In this document: piece after piece, positions 1 to 12,362 of the stretch
Numbering within the stretch: position 1 is the first letter of the stretch
Layout: every line of letters starts with the position of its first letter
Origin: Octopus sinensis
Lineage: Eukaryota
Direction: 5' to 3'
Assembly: GCF_006345805.1 (NCBI RefSeq)
Contig: NC_043003.1
Location: 38,750,001 to 38,814,000, forward strand
Length of the DNA: 64,000 nucleotides
Position numbers and translations under genes: made by a program
Notes under the pieces: generated by a model
Databases searched by the model: none
What the model saw: the letters and a program-made list of their open reading frames with translations, nothing else
What the model was told of the DNA's origin: nothing

Positions 1-214
1 ATAAAGCCAAGAGAAAAAGATGTTTTATAAACACATTCTACCAGTATACGAAGTTTAAAATTTTTTTAGTTACCTAGAAATTATGTTAAAAACTGCCGTT
101 CAAACCGAAAAGATCCAATTACAGCTCCATACAATTAATGGAAATGCGAAAATATGTAACATAGATCATTTAAAATAAATATTGGAAGAGACGTATAATA
201 GATGTCAAACTCAC

Positions 215-283
215 CATTAGGTAGGACGAATTGTGTTACATAGTGCCATACCATTGGTTCCACAATATCACCTAGTTTAGATT
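215..283 (-). CDS. HEXD: Hexosaminidase D-like (GH20) coding exon 8 (last in window; gene continues beyond left edge)
   Basis: ctctctag|AA...G|gtgagt; encodes (E)SKLGDIVEPMVWHYVTQFVLPN(G), matching the HEXD VEPVLWDY region; phase 1-1. Confidence 0.88.
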
Positions 284-506
284 CTAGAGAGAGACAAAAA
301 AAAAAGAAATTTTGATGATTCTAACAATAATGCTTTCAAATTTTGGCACAAAGCCAGCAATTTTGGGGGAGGAGGTAAGTTGATTACATTGACCCCATGA
401 CTCAACTGGTACCTATTTTGTTGACCCCGAAAGGACAAAAGGTAAAGGTGAGCTCAGCAGAATTTCGCCCGGCGTGCCAATGATTCTACCAGCTCGCTGC
501 CTTAGT

Positions 507-702
<196 letters not shown>

Positions 703-1091
703 ATCTGCATCTACATCATACGTAAATAAGAGGAGACCCTGTAGGATTGAGAGGACTTTTATATGGCTGAGGATGTGACAGCTACCTTAGGAATGGAGCT
801 ATAAAAATTACACCCAATACACTCTGTGAAGTTGTTGGTGTTAGGAGTGCATCCAGCTGTAGAAACCTTCCAAAAATAGAACACAAGATTAGATGCGTCA
901 TTCTGATGCATCTTGGAGAAGAGTAACTTCAAAAAAAAGTTAACCTGGACAGTGAATAACTGTCTAATCTCTGCCAGCATGGACAGCAGACATGAAATAA
1001 GAGTGATGATGATTATGTTAACACATACTCACAAATATATATGCATGTGTGTATGTATCTGTATATAGATGTGCGCTTATATATACATTAC

Positions 1092-1275
1092 CTTTAAGAA
1101 GAGCCAGTTCACAAAACCTCATCATGTCATCCCACATGAGAACAGTCAGATGATTGTATTTACACTTCACATATTTCACAACTTTCTCAATATGAACAAA
1201 GAACATCTGTTGGTTTGTTAAGTTCTCTGAAGCCATTGTCTTCTTACACCGCTCACAGAACCCTATGTGATAAAC
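1092..1275 (-). CDS. HEXD: Hexosaminidase D-like coding exon 7
   Basis: tttacag|GTT...AAAG|gtaatg; VYHIGFCERC...TVLMWDDMMRFCELALLK with the GH20/HEXD WDDM motif; 184 nt. Confidence 0.92.
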
Positions 1276-1559
1276 CTGTAAATGACAAAACTCTATAAAC
1301 AGATTGGAACCACAATTTATATATTCTAGCATAGAACATGCATGCATAAATACATACATACATAGATGGACAGACAGAGAGCCAGATAAATAGATAGATG
1401 CACATGGACATAGGCAGTACAATTTTAGCAAAAATTAAGTAATGAGCTGGTTATGAACAGATAGGTTCACTTAAACAAAGTAATCATGTATATGGACATC
1501 AATTCTACATGGTAGTGAGCAATTAGCCCTGAATGCAGTGGACATGCAAAGGTTAGAAA

Positions 1560-1900
1560 GAAATGAGGCTAATATGCTCTGCTAGATGTGTAATGTAAGT
1601 GTACATATTCGACAGAGTGCTAATGCTTTGAGAGAGAAGTTAGGCATAAGAGGAATTAGTTTCTGTGTGCTAGAGAAAAGACTGCACTGGTTTGGTTGTA
1701 TGATGCAGAGGGATGCCAACAGCTCCATAAAGAAGAGCCAATCTCTCAAAGCAGATGGAACACGTGAAGTGGGAGACCCAGGAAGATATGGGATGAAGTG
1801 CTGAAGGATAGCCTTAAGATGCTGAACCTTTCAAGTGAGATGACAAAGGACTGAGATGTCTGGCACCTTGCTATACTCATGAAGATCCGTACTCTACAGC
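1560..1900 (+). mobile_element. Old RTE 3' coding fragment
   Basis: LREKLGIRGISFCVLEKRLHWFG, resembling the RTE C-terminus; similar fragments at about 13190-13520 (+) and 53750-54000 (-). Confidence 0.7.
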
Positions 1901-2587
1901 AGAAGTGTTAAGATTAGTCCCCCTAATGGTGAAGATTGACCTGCAATAGTCCTGGGCTAGTGTCATGTAAAAAGAGCACTCGTGGCGGTACCACGTCAGA
2001 GCACCTGTGTGGCGCCACAAGAAAGCACCTGTGAAGCACCACATAAAAGCACCAGTACTATAGAGGTTACCTTGCCATCAGCAAGACTAAAGAGCCCTCT
2101 CAAGCCCAGCTTTATCACTGTTTAGATCAATTACCAACTACTGAGAAATAATCCTTTCTATTATAGGCACAAGGCCTGAAATTTAAGGGATTGGGACAGT
2201 CAATTACATCAACCCCAGTTCTCAACTGGTACTTATTTTATCGATCTCGAAAGGATGAAAGGCAAAGTTGACCTTGAGGAAATTTGAACTCAGAATGTAA
2301 AGACAGACGAAATGCTACTAAGCATTTTGCCCAGCATGCTAACGATTCTGCCAGCTCACTGCCTTAACCACTGACAAATAATAACAGCAGAAAAACTTTT
2401 AATGAGCCCAATTAAATTGGCAGGAGTATATAACTAGCATGTATTTTGTTGCTCTCTGTTTCTCTATATATATATTGGCAAATTGTTTTTGGCTTTAGTA
2501 TTCCATCGAAAAGATTGCAAGAATGGTGACAGGATGGAAGAGGTCAATATTTAAGCCCACACAACTAATGGAATTACCAACCCTTAC

Positions 2588-2673
2588 CTCATCGGCTCCA
2601 ATATGGAAACGGTGACTGCGAGGATGCAATGTGAGAATTTGGTCAATCATCAGCTTTACTGTGTCTAAAGCAT
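2588..2673 (-). CDS. HEXD: Hexosaminidase D-like coding exon 6 (catalytic DE pair)
   Basis: actttcag|AT...GAG|gtaagg; (D)ALDTVKLMIDQILTLHPRSHRFHIGADE with the GH20 HIGxDE catalytic motif. Confidence 0.93.
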
Positions 2674-2864
2674 CTGAAAGTAAAGAACAGACTCACATTG
2701 ATTTAGTAACTGGCAACTAATAGAGACCCCCAACATCACCTCAATAATACTAAGGACATGAAATGTGGTATGTTCACACCAACCGTTCAGGTGTGAAGTT
2801 AAACTGTAGTAAGAAGAGTGTCATATGCATTCTGTGAACATAATAAGTTTGAACATACATTATT

Positions 2865-3259
2865 CTTTTCTACTCTAGGCACAAGGCCCAAAATTTTTGT
2901 GGAGGGAGCCAATCGATTAGATCGACTCCAGTATGTAACTGGTACTTAATTTATCAACCCCAAAAGGATGAAAGGCAAAGTTGACTTTGGCAGAATTTGA
3001 ACTCAGAACGTTAAGACAAACGAAATACCTATTTCTTTATTACCCACAAGGGGCTAAACATAGAGGGGACAAACAAGGACAGACATAGGTATTAAGTCAA
3101 TTACATCGACCCCAGTGCGTAACTGGTGCTTAATTTATCGACCCCGAAAGGATGAAAGGCAAAGTTGACTTTGGCAGAATTTGAACTCAGAACGTTAAGA
3201 CAAACGAAATACTGCTAAGCATTTCGCCCGTGCTAATGTTTCTGCCAGCTTGCCGCCTT
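2865..3259 (-). mobile_element. Dimeric tRNA-derived SINE (family 1) with TSD
   Basis: A-box/B-box head, duplicated core GCCTTTCATCCTTTCGGGGTCGATAAATTAAGTACCAG; TSD TTTGAACA(T/C)ACATTATT at 2848-2864 and 3260-3276. Confidence 0.85.
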
Positions 3260-3482
3260 TTTGAACACACATTATTGTTTCTATTAATAATGGTTTCAAA
3301 TTCTGGCACAAGGTCAGCAATTTCAGGGGAGGGGTTAAGTTGATTACCTTGACCCCAGTACTCGTCTGGTACTTAATTTATTGACCCCAGAAGGATGAAA
3401 AACAAAGTCGACCTCAGCTGTTACAGGTTCCATACATACTTCATGCTTGTGTTATTGTTTCTATTAATGATAACACAAACAC

Positions 3483-3885
3483 ATAGGCGTAGGAGTGGCT
3501 GTGTGGTAAGTAGTTTGCTTACTAACCACATGGTTTTGGGTTCATTCCCACTGCGTGGCACCTTGGGCAAGTGTCTTCTACTATAGCTTCGGGCTGATTA
3601 AAGCCCTGTGAGTGGATTTGGTAGAGGGAAACTGAAAGAAACCTGTTGTATATATATATATGTGTGTGTGTTCGCCCCCCCCCCCCCCCACCACATCACT
3701 TGACAACCGATGTTGGTGTATTTACGTCTCCGTAACTTAGCAGTTCAGCAAAAGAGACCAATAGAATAAGTACTAGGCTTACAAAGAATAAGTCCTGGGG
3801 TCGATTTGCTCGACTAAAGGTGGTGCTCCAGCATGGCCTCAGTCAAACGACTGAAACAAATAAAGGAGTAAAAGAGAGTAAGAGT
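3483..3885 (+). mobile_element. tRNA-derived SINE (family 2) with CORE-like CCTTGGGCAAGTGTCTT segment and internal (TA/TG)n
   Basis: Head GGCGTAGGAGTGGCTGTGTGGTAAG...GGTTCATTCCC and (GAGTAA)n-like tail. Other copies at about 4493-4640, 7180-7275, 19800-20585, 29600-29760, 60553-60915, 61870-62070 and 62500-62640. Confidence 0.8.
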
Positions 3886-4240
3886 ATGGAACTTGTTGAC
3901 AGCTAGGAAGACTGAGGTTATTAAAGTTATGTGCTATGCTTTAAGGATACGATGCAATGTTTGATGTGCAGATGTGTTCTTACAGTAGATATGAAGCTAT
4001 AGTTTTATAGGAGAAATGAAATGTGATTGTATAACATTCCTGCCTTTTTGTAAATATATTAGTGATCAATAAAAATGAGGAAAAACAATTACAACTGTGA
4101 AACAAAACCAGGTCACAGACTCCTCATCTTGCCAAGAGTTTATCATTCATTCTACAACATTTGTATCAACATCCAAACTGCTGACATGTATTGACAGGAA
4201 GTTAGATGAAAGTGGTGAGGAAGAGATGTGACTTACTCAC

Positions 4241-4319
4241 CTGGATGGGTTGGACATAGAGAAGTAGGGTAAGCTGCAACTTCCCGGAGTTTTTGAAATT
4301 TTTCATGTTTCAAAACAAA
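4241..4319 (-). CDS. HEXD: Hexosaminidase D-like coding exon 5
   Basis: cttgtag|TTT...G|gtgagt; FVLKHEKFQKLREVAAYPTSLCPTHP; 79 nt, phase 0-1. Confidence 0.92.
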
Positions 4320-6282
4320 CTACAAGATAGAGAACAACATGAAGATTTGAAGAAAGCTGTAGATGGCTGAGTGCAAAAGTTATAAGATGATGAAGGTAAA
4401 GAAGCACAAAACATGTCTTTTGACTTATCAGATCTTGTCAAATCATCAAATCTTTGTCAGTATGGAAGATACATATTATTATATGATGATAGTAGGCGCG
4501 GGCATGGTTGTGTGGTTAGGGAGCTTCCTTCCTAGCTACATGGTTTCGGGTTCAGTCCCACTGCGTGGCACTTTGGGTAGGTGTCTTCTACTATAGCCCC
4601 GAGCCAAGCGAAGTTTTGTTATTGAATTCGGTAGGTGGAAGTTACTGCCGTGTGTGTATGTGTGCGTATAGCTGCTCAGTGCCTCTCCGAAAGAGAGAGA
4701 GGGGATCATAGTGATGATGATGGTACATATGTATGTATGTATGCATGTCTGTATGTGATATGTCCCGCATTATGACGACATAACATCGTTGGCTGCATGA
4801 TTGGCCCGAACAGCATATCTCGCTGACTGTAATTCTTTATTTAGCACCTAGGCCATGACACAGAGGGAACTGTACAAGGACAGACAGAACATCACAGTGG
4901 GGACAAAAACCATAAAACGAATGAAATGAAGGATGTATAAAAATTAAGGTTCATGGAATGGCTGCATTGAGCCCCACTCTCAAGCAGTACCATTTAAATG
5001 TTTTAACATACAGTTTTTAATAATTTTTCTTCCTCTTATTTTTCCTTAAACTTTTTTTTCCTATTAGCATCGTTTTTATAGTCTATTATATTCTAACGTC
5101 TTACTTACTTTTCAGAAGTTCATGAATGGTTCTAAATCTTTGTATTCCACAACTGGTGGTAGTTCATCAAACTCCACCTCTACTCCCAATGGGTCTATGC
5201 TGTCTCCAAATAAATCTCTCAGATTTCCATGTCTCTCTCAGTCTATTACAATTCCTTTTACTTTTTCTGTATACAGCTCTACTGGTAACATTACAATTTA
5301 AATCTTGTTATTCTCCTCTCTATGGTTGTACTTTTTGCATATGTTACCATATGCCACTTGTTCTTCATCGGTTTCTTGTCTGTTCATTTCAGTGATGCAC
5401 CTGTGATTCACTCTCGAAGTGAATATGATTTAGTGTTCCTACAGAAACCTTCATTTACCTTATATGATGTTTAATATTGTTTCAGCAGTAATTTTGTTCT
5501 CTTCATAGAACACTTGTAATGTATGTATTGCCAGTTCTTTTGGTATAGTAGATTTTTACTATTCTTGTTTATGTCTCCTCACAGATGCGCATATTCTAAC
5601 AAGTTGCTTCTTAAATTTTGCACCCCTCTTGTTCATTAAACACTGAGTTAAACTTGCAAAGCTGTTTATTTTCTCTTTTCGATTTTTAATGTTTATTAGC
5701 GGGTTGCCAAACTATCAGTTTGGTCTCCTGGCTAAAACAGTAATGACAAATTTTAAAGTTTACTTGAAATTTTATAAGTGTGAAAAGGGATTAAAATTTC
5801 GATACTCTGTATCAAAGGTTCCAACAAGAACAGGTGGAAAATCAGAGCTTGAGACAAGAAGACACTTTTAACCAATCAGAATTCTGTTTAAATAATCAGT
5901 CTGATAGGTCACCTTCCTTTGTCGGTTGAGTAAAGTGTCATCTAAGCTGATGTTTATTGGTAATTAAACTTATTTTGCAATACTTGTGCATATTTATCAG
6001 CTTTGTTCTTGTTGATAAGAATTATCAACAACTTTTCCTGTGATAGTGATTTAAGAAGACGCACAGAAGTATGCTAAAGATCGGACATAATCTCTTGTGG
6101 GCAAGAAATGTAAAATAAAGTTTATTATAAAAAACAGAAGCACTTTGTAATTTAAAAAACTAATAAACATAAGACAGCAAATGTAGTAACAACTGACAGA
6201 AATTAAAACCCCAAAAAACTAAACATAACAAAATTACAATATGAATCCTAGAAATCTAGAAAAGGAAATACATTTTACATAC

Positions 6283-6370
6283 CTCAAAATGACCAAATGT
6301 TTGAACCAAAGGAATTACTTCCAAATTATTTTGTTCTGCCAATTGTTGTATTCTTTGTATATCATCTTTG
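6283..6370 (-). CDS. HEXD: Hexosaminidase D-like coding exon 4
   Basis: tcttccag|C...GAG|gtatgt; (S)KDDIQRIQQLAEQNNLEVIPLVQTFGHFE with the IPLVQTFGH motif. Confidence 0.93.
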
Positions 6371-8325
6371 CTGGAAGAGATAGGGTGAGACATTTCAGTG
6401 TTGAAGTTATTATAAATATAAGACTGGTTGTTATTATTTTCTGCACTGAGTCAAGTATTATTTGGCTTAAAAATATTCATCATTGTTAAGAAATACATGA
6501 TGCCTCTGCAGCCCTGACAATGTTACTCCAAGACTTAGATTGCCAAAGGTGAGAAGTGTAACTTGGAGACAAAGAAAATCTCACAAAATGAAGATATTTC
6601 AGTGCACTATGCATTAAAAAAAATTTCTTCTTTTAAGAAATTTGCTGTATTGGAGTGGTAGGGGTGCCTTCTTTGACCCCTAACTAGATCTGTCACAACT
6701 TCTGCAACAGTAACCAAAATAATAAGTGAAATACAAGCAAAAGAGAGGATCTTTACATAGTTGTTTGACCTGCTAGACATGGTAGCTAAACCTCCCTTAG
6801 AACATACCCTACTACCCATACATCTTCAAGATAATGTAATCTTCTGGATAATTTATACTTCAAACAAAGATGAAATGATCATCCTTTGAATATTTTTGAT
6901 CAAAGGTATTTTCAATGAAGGATGACCTAGGTTTAAATATAAAACAGCAAAATTAAAACAATAATAGTAAAAAAAATGTGCAGTTGTTTAGCCCTAGGTT
7001 AGCCATGATATGGCAGGTCTATGATCAAATGTGTTTCAGTCCTTAACATATTGCCATTTGTTTTCTATATGCAAGATGTAAACATATGTTACCACTACCC
7101 AAGCAATGTCATGGCAAAAACATACAGTGGCAAACTCACACACACACACTTCCAAACAGTTTCTATTTAAATTCCCTCATGTAGTATTGGTCATTCCAAG
7201 GCTATAGCAGAAGACATCCATCCAATGAAACCACTTCGGTGAGAAGTGAATTTCTTAACCACACAACCATGCCTGTGCCTTCAATACATTTTTTACAAGA
7301 TGTAAAAGAAATGAGGATGTTACTATTTAAAATTCTATATGGATATAATAAAGTGTGTGGTGTGTGTGTGTGTGTGTGTGTGCGTGTGCGTGTGTGTGTG
7401 TGCATATATATAGATATATATATAAAAATATTATTATTTGGACTTTGGGTATATGAATAGTAGTCATCATCATCATTGTTTAATGTCCGTTTTTCATGCT
7501 AGCATGGGTTGGAAGGTTTGACCGGGGAATGGCAAGCCAGGAGGCTACACCAGGCTCCAGTCTGATCTGGCAGTGTTTCTACAGCTGGATGCCCTTCCTA
7601 ATGCCAACCACTCCATGAGTGTAGTCAGTGCTTTATAGGTGCCACCGGCACAGGGGCCAGAGGAGGCTGGTAATGGCCGCAATTGGTTGGTGCTTTTTAC
7701 ATGCCACCGGCATGGAAGCCAGTCAAGGTGGCACTGGCATCAGCCACGTTTGGATGGTGCTTTCACTATTTAGGCTACTTGATGTCATCCACAGTTACGA
7801 TGTAATTGTTACTGGATTTACATCAGGAATTCTGCAGTGTTTGTTGATTTTATAATAAATGAGGAAAATGGAAAATGGATTTAGCAAGAATCTTTATTCA
7901 ATACAAAGATCATTTCAACCCATCCTGCATCTGTCCCTTATGGACGGGATATTGTACAGCTAACTGTGTTGCATCCATCAATGCAGGCAGTGTTTCATCA
8001 GGTGTCTCATTTAAATAAGACACCTCACTACATATACTGATTTTTGCTTAGCAGGTTGTGGTCACATACATATATTTTGAATAGATGAGGCCTAGTGTCT
8101 TTCTAGCAAGAAAATAAAAAGACAGACAATAGACTAGCTTAGTTACTTCTTAAGGCTAATTATGCATTAGAATCCCTGTAATCATGAAGTAAATGAAAAA
8201 ATATTGTTTGTATGCTTTGTGTGTTGTATGGAATATAATAAAGCAGTTAGGGTACGTTGTGTAAAATACAGTGTATTTTCCCTCCACTCAGATTAACTTT
8301 AAAATAAATATAAACATGATCTCAC

Positions 8326-8435
8326 CTGTATGCATGTTCAGCAGCCAATTCTTTGAGATCATTTTGGTATGGAAACATATCTTCATATTCTAGCAATAAA
8401 CTCGTAGCACCCCATTGACGGAATAAAGGAAATAT
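8326..8435 (-). CDS. HEXD: Hexosaminidase D-like coding exon 3
   Basis: ttgtccag|ATA...AG|gtgaga; IFPLFRQWGATSLLLEYEDMFPYQNDLKELAAEHAY with the EYEDMFPY motif. Confidence 0.93.
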
Positions 8436-9754
8436 CTGGACAAGTAAAAGGTCTAAATTAATATTGGCTCCTCCTGAGACTGTTGCTATAGTGGAAATGT
8501 TATGATGCTAGATCACTAGATCAACGTTTAGTCCCTGCCACCCAGCTCAATTTTATAAAAGAAAAATTTATAATAATTTTTCACTTCTAAAATATTTTGT
8601 AAAATGCATGTTATTAGTATACGTTGAAGTCCACCTTGGATCATAATTAACACAAGTTCTCGTAAGTAAAACCAGTGCACATTAGGGAAACTTTTTATGA
8701 TGTCAACCAATGAAAAAGAAGTTCGTGGAAACATGCAAAAAATGTGACCTATTTCCTCTTCACTTTATCGATACATATCAAATCAAATGGAATTTTTATT
8801 TTCCAAAAGTTATGCATGTATTTGTCCAAACTGATTCTAGTGATATATACAGATATATAATATTCAATAGCTTTGTAAGTTTTTCTCTCAAGCACAGAGT
8901 TTTTCTCTCATGAAGTGTATGCATTCATTTGGACAATTTCTATTCCTGTTCACACCTTAATGACTCTCTTATTCATCAAGACTGTATACACATCATGTGA
9001 ATGAACTTTATTCACACATCTCTGTGCACAAACTTTGCTAACGCCTCATTTTCTTGATCCTTTTATCCACTTCACTTCATTTATTTGGTCCATAAATTTA
9101 TTTGGCAGCTATGAACATTTTAACATCTTATGTCTATCTTCTCTATAAGTATTTTTTTTTTCTTTTGTGGAATAAAAATCTGTATAATCACCTCAGAGTA
9201 CAGACCATATCCTAATAAAATGTTTAGTTACACTGCTTTAAATTCTGAGTTCATAACCTGCCAAGGTTGATTTTTGCCTTTTAAATTTGTATGGTCATAT
9301 ATAAGTCATATTTTATTCTTGATTTTAACTGAAAAACTTGAGTGTGATTTATATACAGGGCAAAGTTTGAATATGAAAGGAAAAAATTTTGTATAAAAAT
9401 TCAACACTAAATTCGACTTAAACACAAGTAGATATGGTAAATTTATTGTTGAATATATCTCCAGCCAGGTCTACTTCATATGACCTTAACAGATAAACAC
9501 TTCAGCAATGAATGTTCTCTTTCGATTTAGGGATTAAAACATGTGGTCTCCATATAAGACATTGGACTGCTACATAAGCAAGTCAAACAATGGCTGAAAA
9601 ATCACCTTTGCGTTTGAATTTTACATAACATCATCTATGTCGTGTATGTGTGTGTGTGTGTTTTAAGTCTATTATTTCAAAGCAAGTTAAAAATAGCAAC
9701 AGAACAGTTACTAATGAGAGGACTCACTAATGAAAATAGAGTCAAATTTATTAT

Positions 9755-10092
9755 AAAGTGTAAAGACCCCCTTCCATCATGAATGACCAGGGGATTACAC
9801 CTAGAAAGTTATCCTCCAAGGTACAAGTCCAGGCAAGGTTGTTTATGGAAGACCAGCAGTCACCCAGGCATACCAGCCTCCCCTTTCCATACCACTGATG
9901 TTATCCAAGGGAAAGATGAAGGCCAATGCAGCTTGGCTCCAGTGGCAATGCAACTCATTTCTATAGCTGAGTGAACTGGAGTAACGTGAAATAGAGTGTC
10001 TTGCTCAAGAACACAACACACAGCCTGATCCAGGAATGGAACTCACTACCTTATGATTGTGAGCCTGATGCTCTAACCACTGAGCCATAGGC
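9755..10092 (-). mobile_element. tRNA-derived SINE (family 4)
   Basis: Minus-strand head GGCTCAGTGGTTAGAGCATCAGGCTCACAATC...GAGTTCCATTCC; homologous copies at 42171-42487 (-) and 61499-61830 (+). Confidence 0.8.
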
Positions 10093-10191
10093 AGTATAGA
10101 AACTTACACAGGCACACCTGAACATGTAAGTGTTCATGTGGGTATAGCAATCAGAAATAATTCATAGTAAAGGATTTAAAAATGACATTAC

Positions 10192-10246
10192 CTCAGCAAA
10201 ATAACTGACCCTTGGAGGTGCACCTTTCAGGTCCAAGTGAACTGTG
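10192..10246 (-). CDS. HEXD: Hexosaminidase D-like coding exon 2
   Basis: tttacag|C...GAG|gtaatg; (H)TVHLDLKGAPPRVSYFAE with the VHLDLKGAPP motif. Confidence 0.93.
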
Positions 10247-10286
10247 CTGTAAATAGACAATAACAAACATTTACTGCATATTTCTT

Positions 10287-10519
10287 ATTTCTTTATTGCC
10301 CACAAGGAGCTAAACATAGAGGGAACAAACAAGGACAGACAAAGGGATTAAGTTGATCACATCGACCCCAGTGCATAACTGGTACTTAATTTATCGACCC
10401 CGAAAGGATGAAAGGCAAAGTCGACCTCGGCAGAATTTGAACTCACAACATAACGGCAGACGAAATACTGATAAGCATTTCGCCCGACGTGCTAACGTTT
10501 CTGCCAGCTCACCGCCTTA
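10287..10519 (-). mobile_element. Monomeric tRNA-derived SINE (family 1) with TSD
   Basis: TSD ACTGCATATTTCTT at 10273-10286 and 10520-10533. Other family copies lie at about 321-500, 2150-2365, 3285-3420, 12660-12840, 16820-17030, 17440-17660, 26900-26995 and 44780-44960. Confidence 0.85.
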
Positions 10520-11379
10520 ACTGCATATTTCTTTCCATACTATACACATAATCCAAGGTGTTTACACAGACAATCACAATATATTTACATTCACTCCATA
10601 CAAGCTACATACACTTGCATTTCTAAGACTGGTGAGACCAATATGGTTCAGTCTTGAACACTGGCTTTCTGGAAATTCTCCCTTGCACATGTTCTTCTTG
10701 CAGCCATCAATAGGAATAGCTTGTGTAAGGGGAGAATTCCAGAGAGCCAGTGTGCTAGGTTGAAAGAACTGAACATAGTGCAGAGCCTGGAGTAGTATAC
10801 AGAATATGAATGAAGAGAGGAAGTAGTGCATGTGAATTGTGAGTACCTGAATGAAAATGGAAAAAATAATACCAACTATGACCCAATGTGTAGAAGCCAA
10901 TGTAGTAGCTGAAATGGCAGTTGAGCACAACTGAATATATATATATATATACACACACACACATACATACATGCATATATATGTCCTCTACACGCACACA
11001 CATGCGTATACATATACATGTATATGCATACATGTATAAAAAGAAATATATATATGTATATATAACTTCATCTTCACATAGAAAAAATGCTTACACTTAT
11101 CTTAGAGCTTATATAAATAAATATACTCATACAAAAACATAAACAAATATACATATATGCACACTCATAACAGACATATATTCACAGTCGCTGCATGTGT
11201 GAATAGACATATATATATACATACACACACACACATGCATACACATGTGCATGCATATATATATGTACAAATATACACACACACATATGTATATATGCAT
11301 ACTCAACATCATCCTTGCATGGATATATGCCTACATTTATATATAGACATTTATACAAATGTATTGCATGTGGTAGGAT

Positions 11380-11660
11380 GCACCTGTGAAAAAATTGTTC
11401 ATATAAAAAACCAAAGTGTTTTCCCTATGAGTTTACAGGACATAAAATTGCACTGCCAAACTAGAATGATAGAAAAATGGAACAAACAAGAAAAAATAAA
11501 TAGTTTGTCAGCAGGAAATGTTGTGACTACAACAAACAAAAAATTCGTGAATATGATAAATGAAAACACTTGTGTCAGAATGCAATTAGACATGGGAAGA
11601 GCTATCACAATCATAAATGAGAAAACATGAGAACAAATGGGTAGTATAACAATATCTGTC
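11380..11660 (+). mobile_element. Decayed Ty3/Gypsy LTR-retrotransposon gag/protease fragment
   Basis: KCF...GHKIA zinc-knuckle-like remnant followed by KKFVNMINENTCVRMQLDMGRAITIINEKT*EQMG, resembling the retroviral protease LDTG motif region. Confidence 0.55.
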
Positions 11661-11754
11661 AGAGTGACAACCGTTGTCAAAAGACAGATAAAACAGTTGC
11701 AAAAGACCGCTTTACAACATATAAGTGAAATTGAAGTCGAAATCAAACTCGGTG

Positions 11755-12192
11755 ACTGGCATACGTTGCTAGTGGAGCGCTAAGAGTACCATACGAGTGA
11801 GATCGTTGCCTGAGCAACAAACTGGCCTTCATGCCGGTGGCACGTTCAGCACACCATTTGAGTGTGATCATTACCGCGTCGCCATACTAGCACTTGTGCT
11901 GGTGGCACGTGAAACATTCGAGTGAGGACGTCGCCAGTGCCGCTGGACTGGCCCCTGTGCAGGTGGCACGTAAAAAGCCCCATTTGGATGTGGTCGTTGC
12001 CAGTACCACCAAACTGGCCCTTGCGCCGGTGGCAGGTTAAAGCACCCACTACACTCTCAGAGTGGTTGGCATTAGGAAGGGCATCCAGCTGTAGAAACTC
12101 TGCCAGATCAGATTGGAGTCTGGTTTGCCAGACCTCAGTCAAATCGTCCAACACATGCTAGCATGGAAAGCTGGCGTTAAATGATGATGATA
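11755..12192 (+). mobile_element. Short retroposon sharing the RTE 3' UTR, with about 60-bp modular repeats and a (GAT)n tail
   Basis: Shares CACTCTCGGAGTGGTTGGCGTTAGGAAGGGCATCCAGCTGTAG...CCAACCCATGCTAGCATGG...TTAAA(C/T)GATGATG with the LINE. Copies at about 7464-7765, 14260-14445, 27100-27252, 28677-28915, 37250-37545, 39900-40143, 41930-42120, 45444-45835, 56810-57100, 58474-58910, 59840-60030, 62290-62475 and 63130-63573. Confidence 0.85.
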
Positions 12193-12336
12193 CACCTACA
12201 CAAGACTATATACACAGACTGTACAGTAAATACAATGACATCAGCTTATGTGCACTAATGATATGCAGCTAATTCTAGAAACTTATCCCTAAATATACAT
12301 TGTGAAGTTTCCCTGTAGATAACTTCTAATACTTAC

Positions 12337-12362
12337 TGGTGAAAATCTGAAGACTCATTCAT
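12337..12362 (-). CDS. HEXD: Hexosaminidase D-like probable first coding segment (exon 12337-12373; ATG at 12362)
   Basis: tttttcag|GTCTTTCTGCAATG...CACCA|gtaagt; MNESSDFH plus CA gives the phase-2 end required by the next exon, and an N-terminus of similar length to human HEXD. The frame is open upstream, so a longer N-terminus is possible. Confidence 0.7.

Noticed and set aside
9755-10092. tRNA genes at SINE heads (also 16820, 61499)
   Set aside because: A/B boxes are present but there is no complete cloverleaf, and each continues into SINE core and tail.
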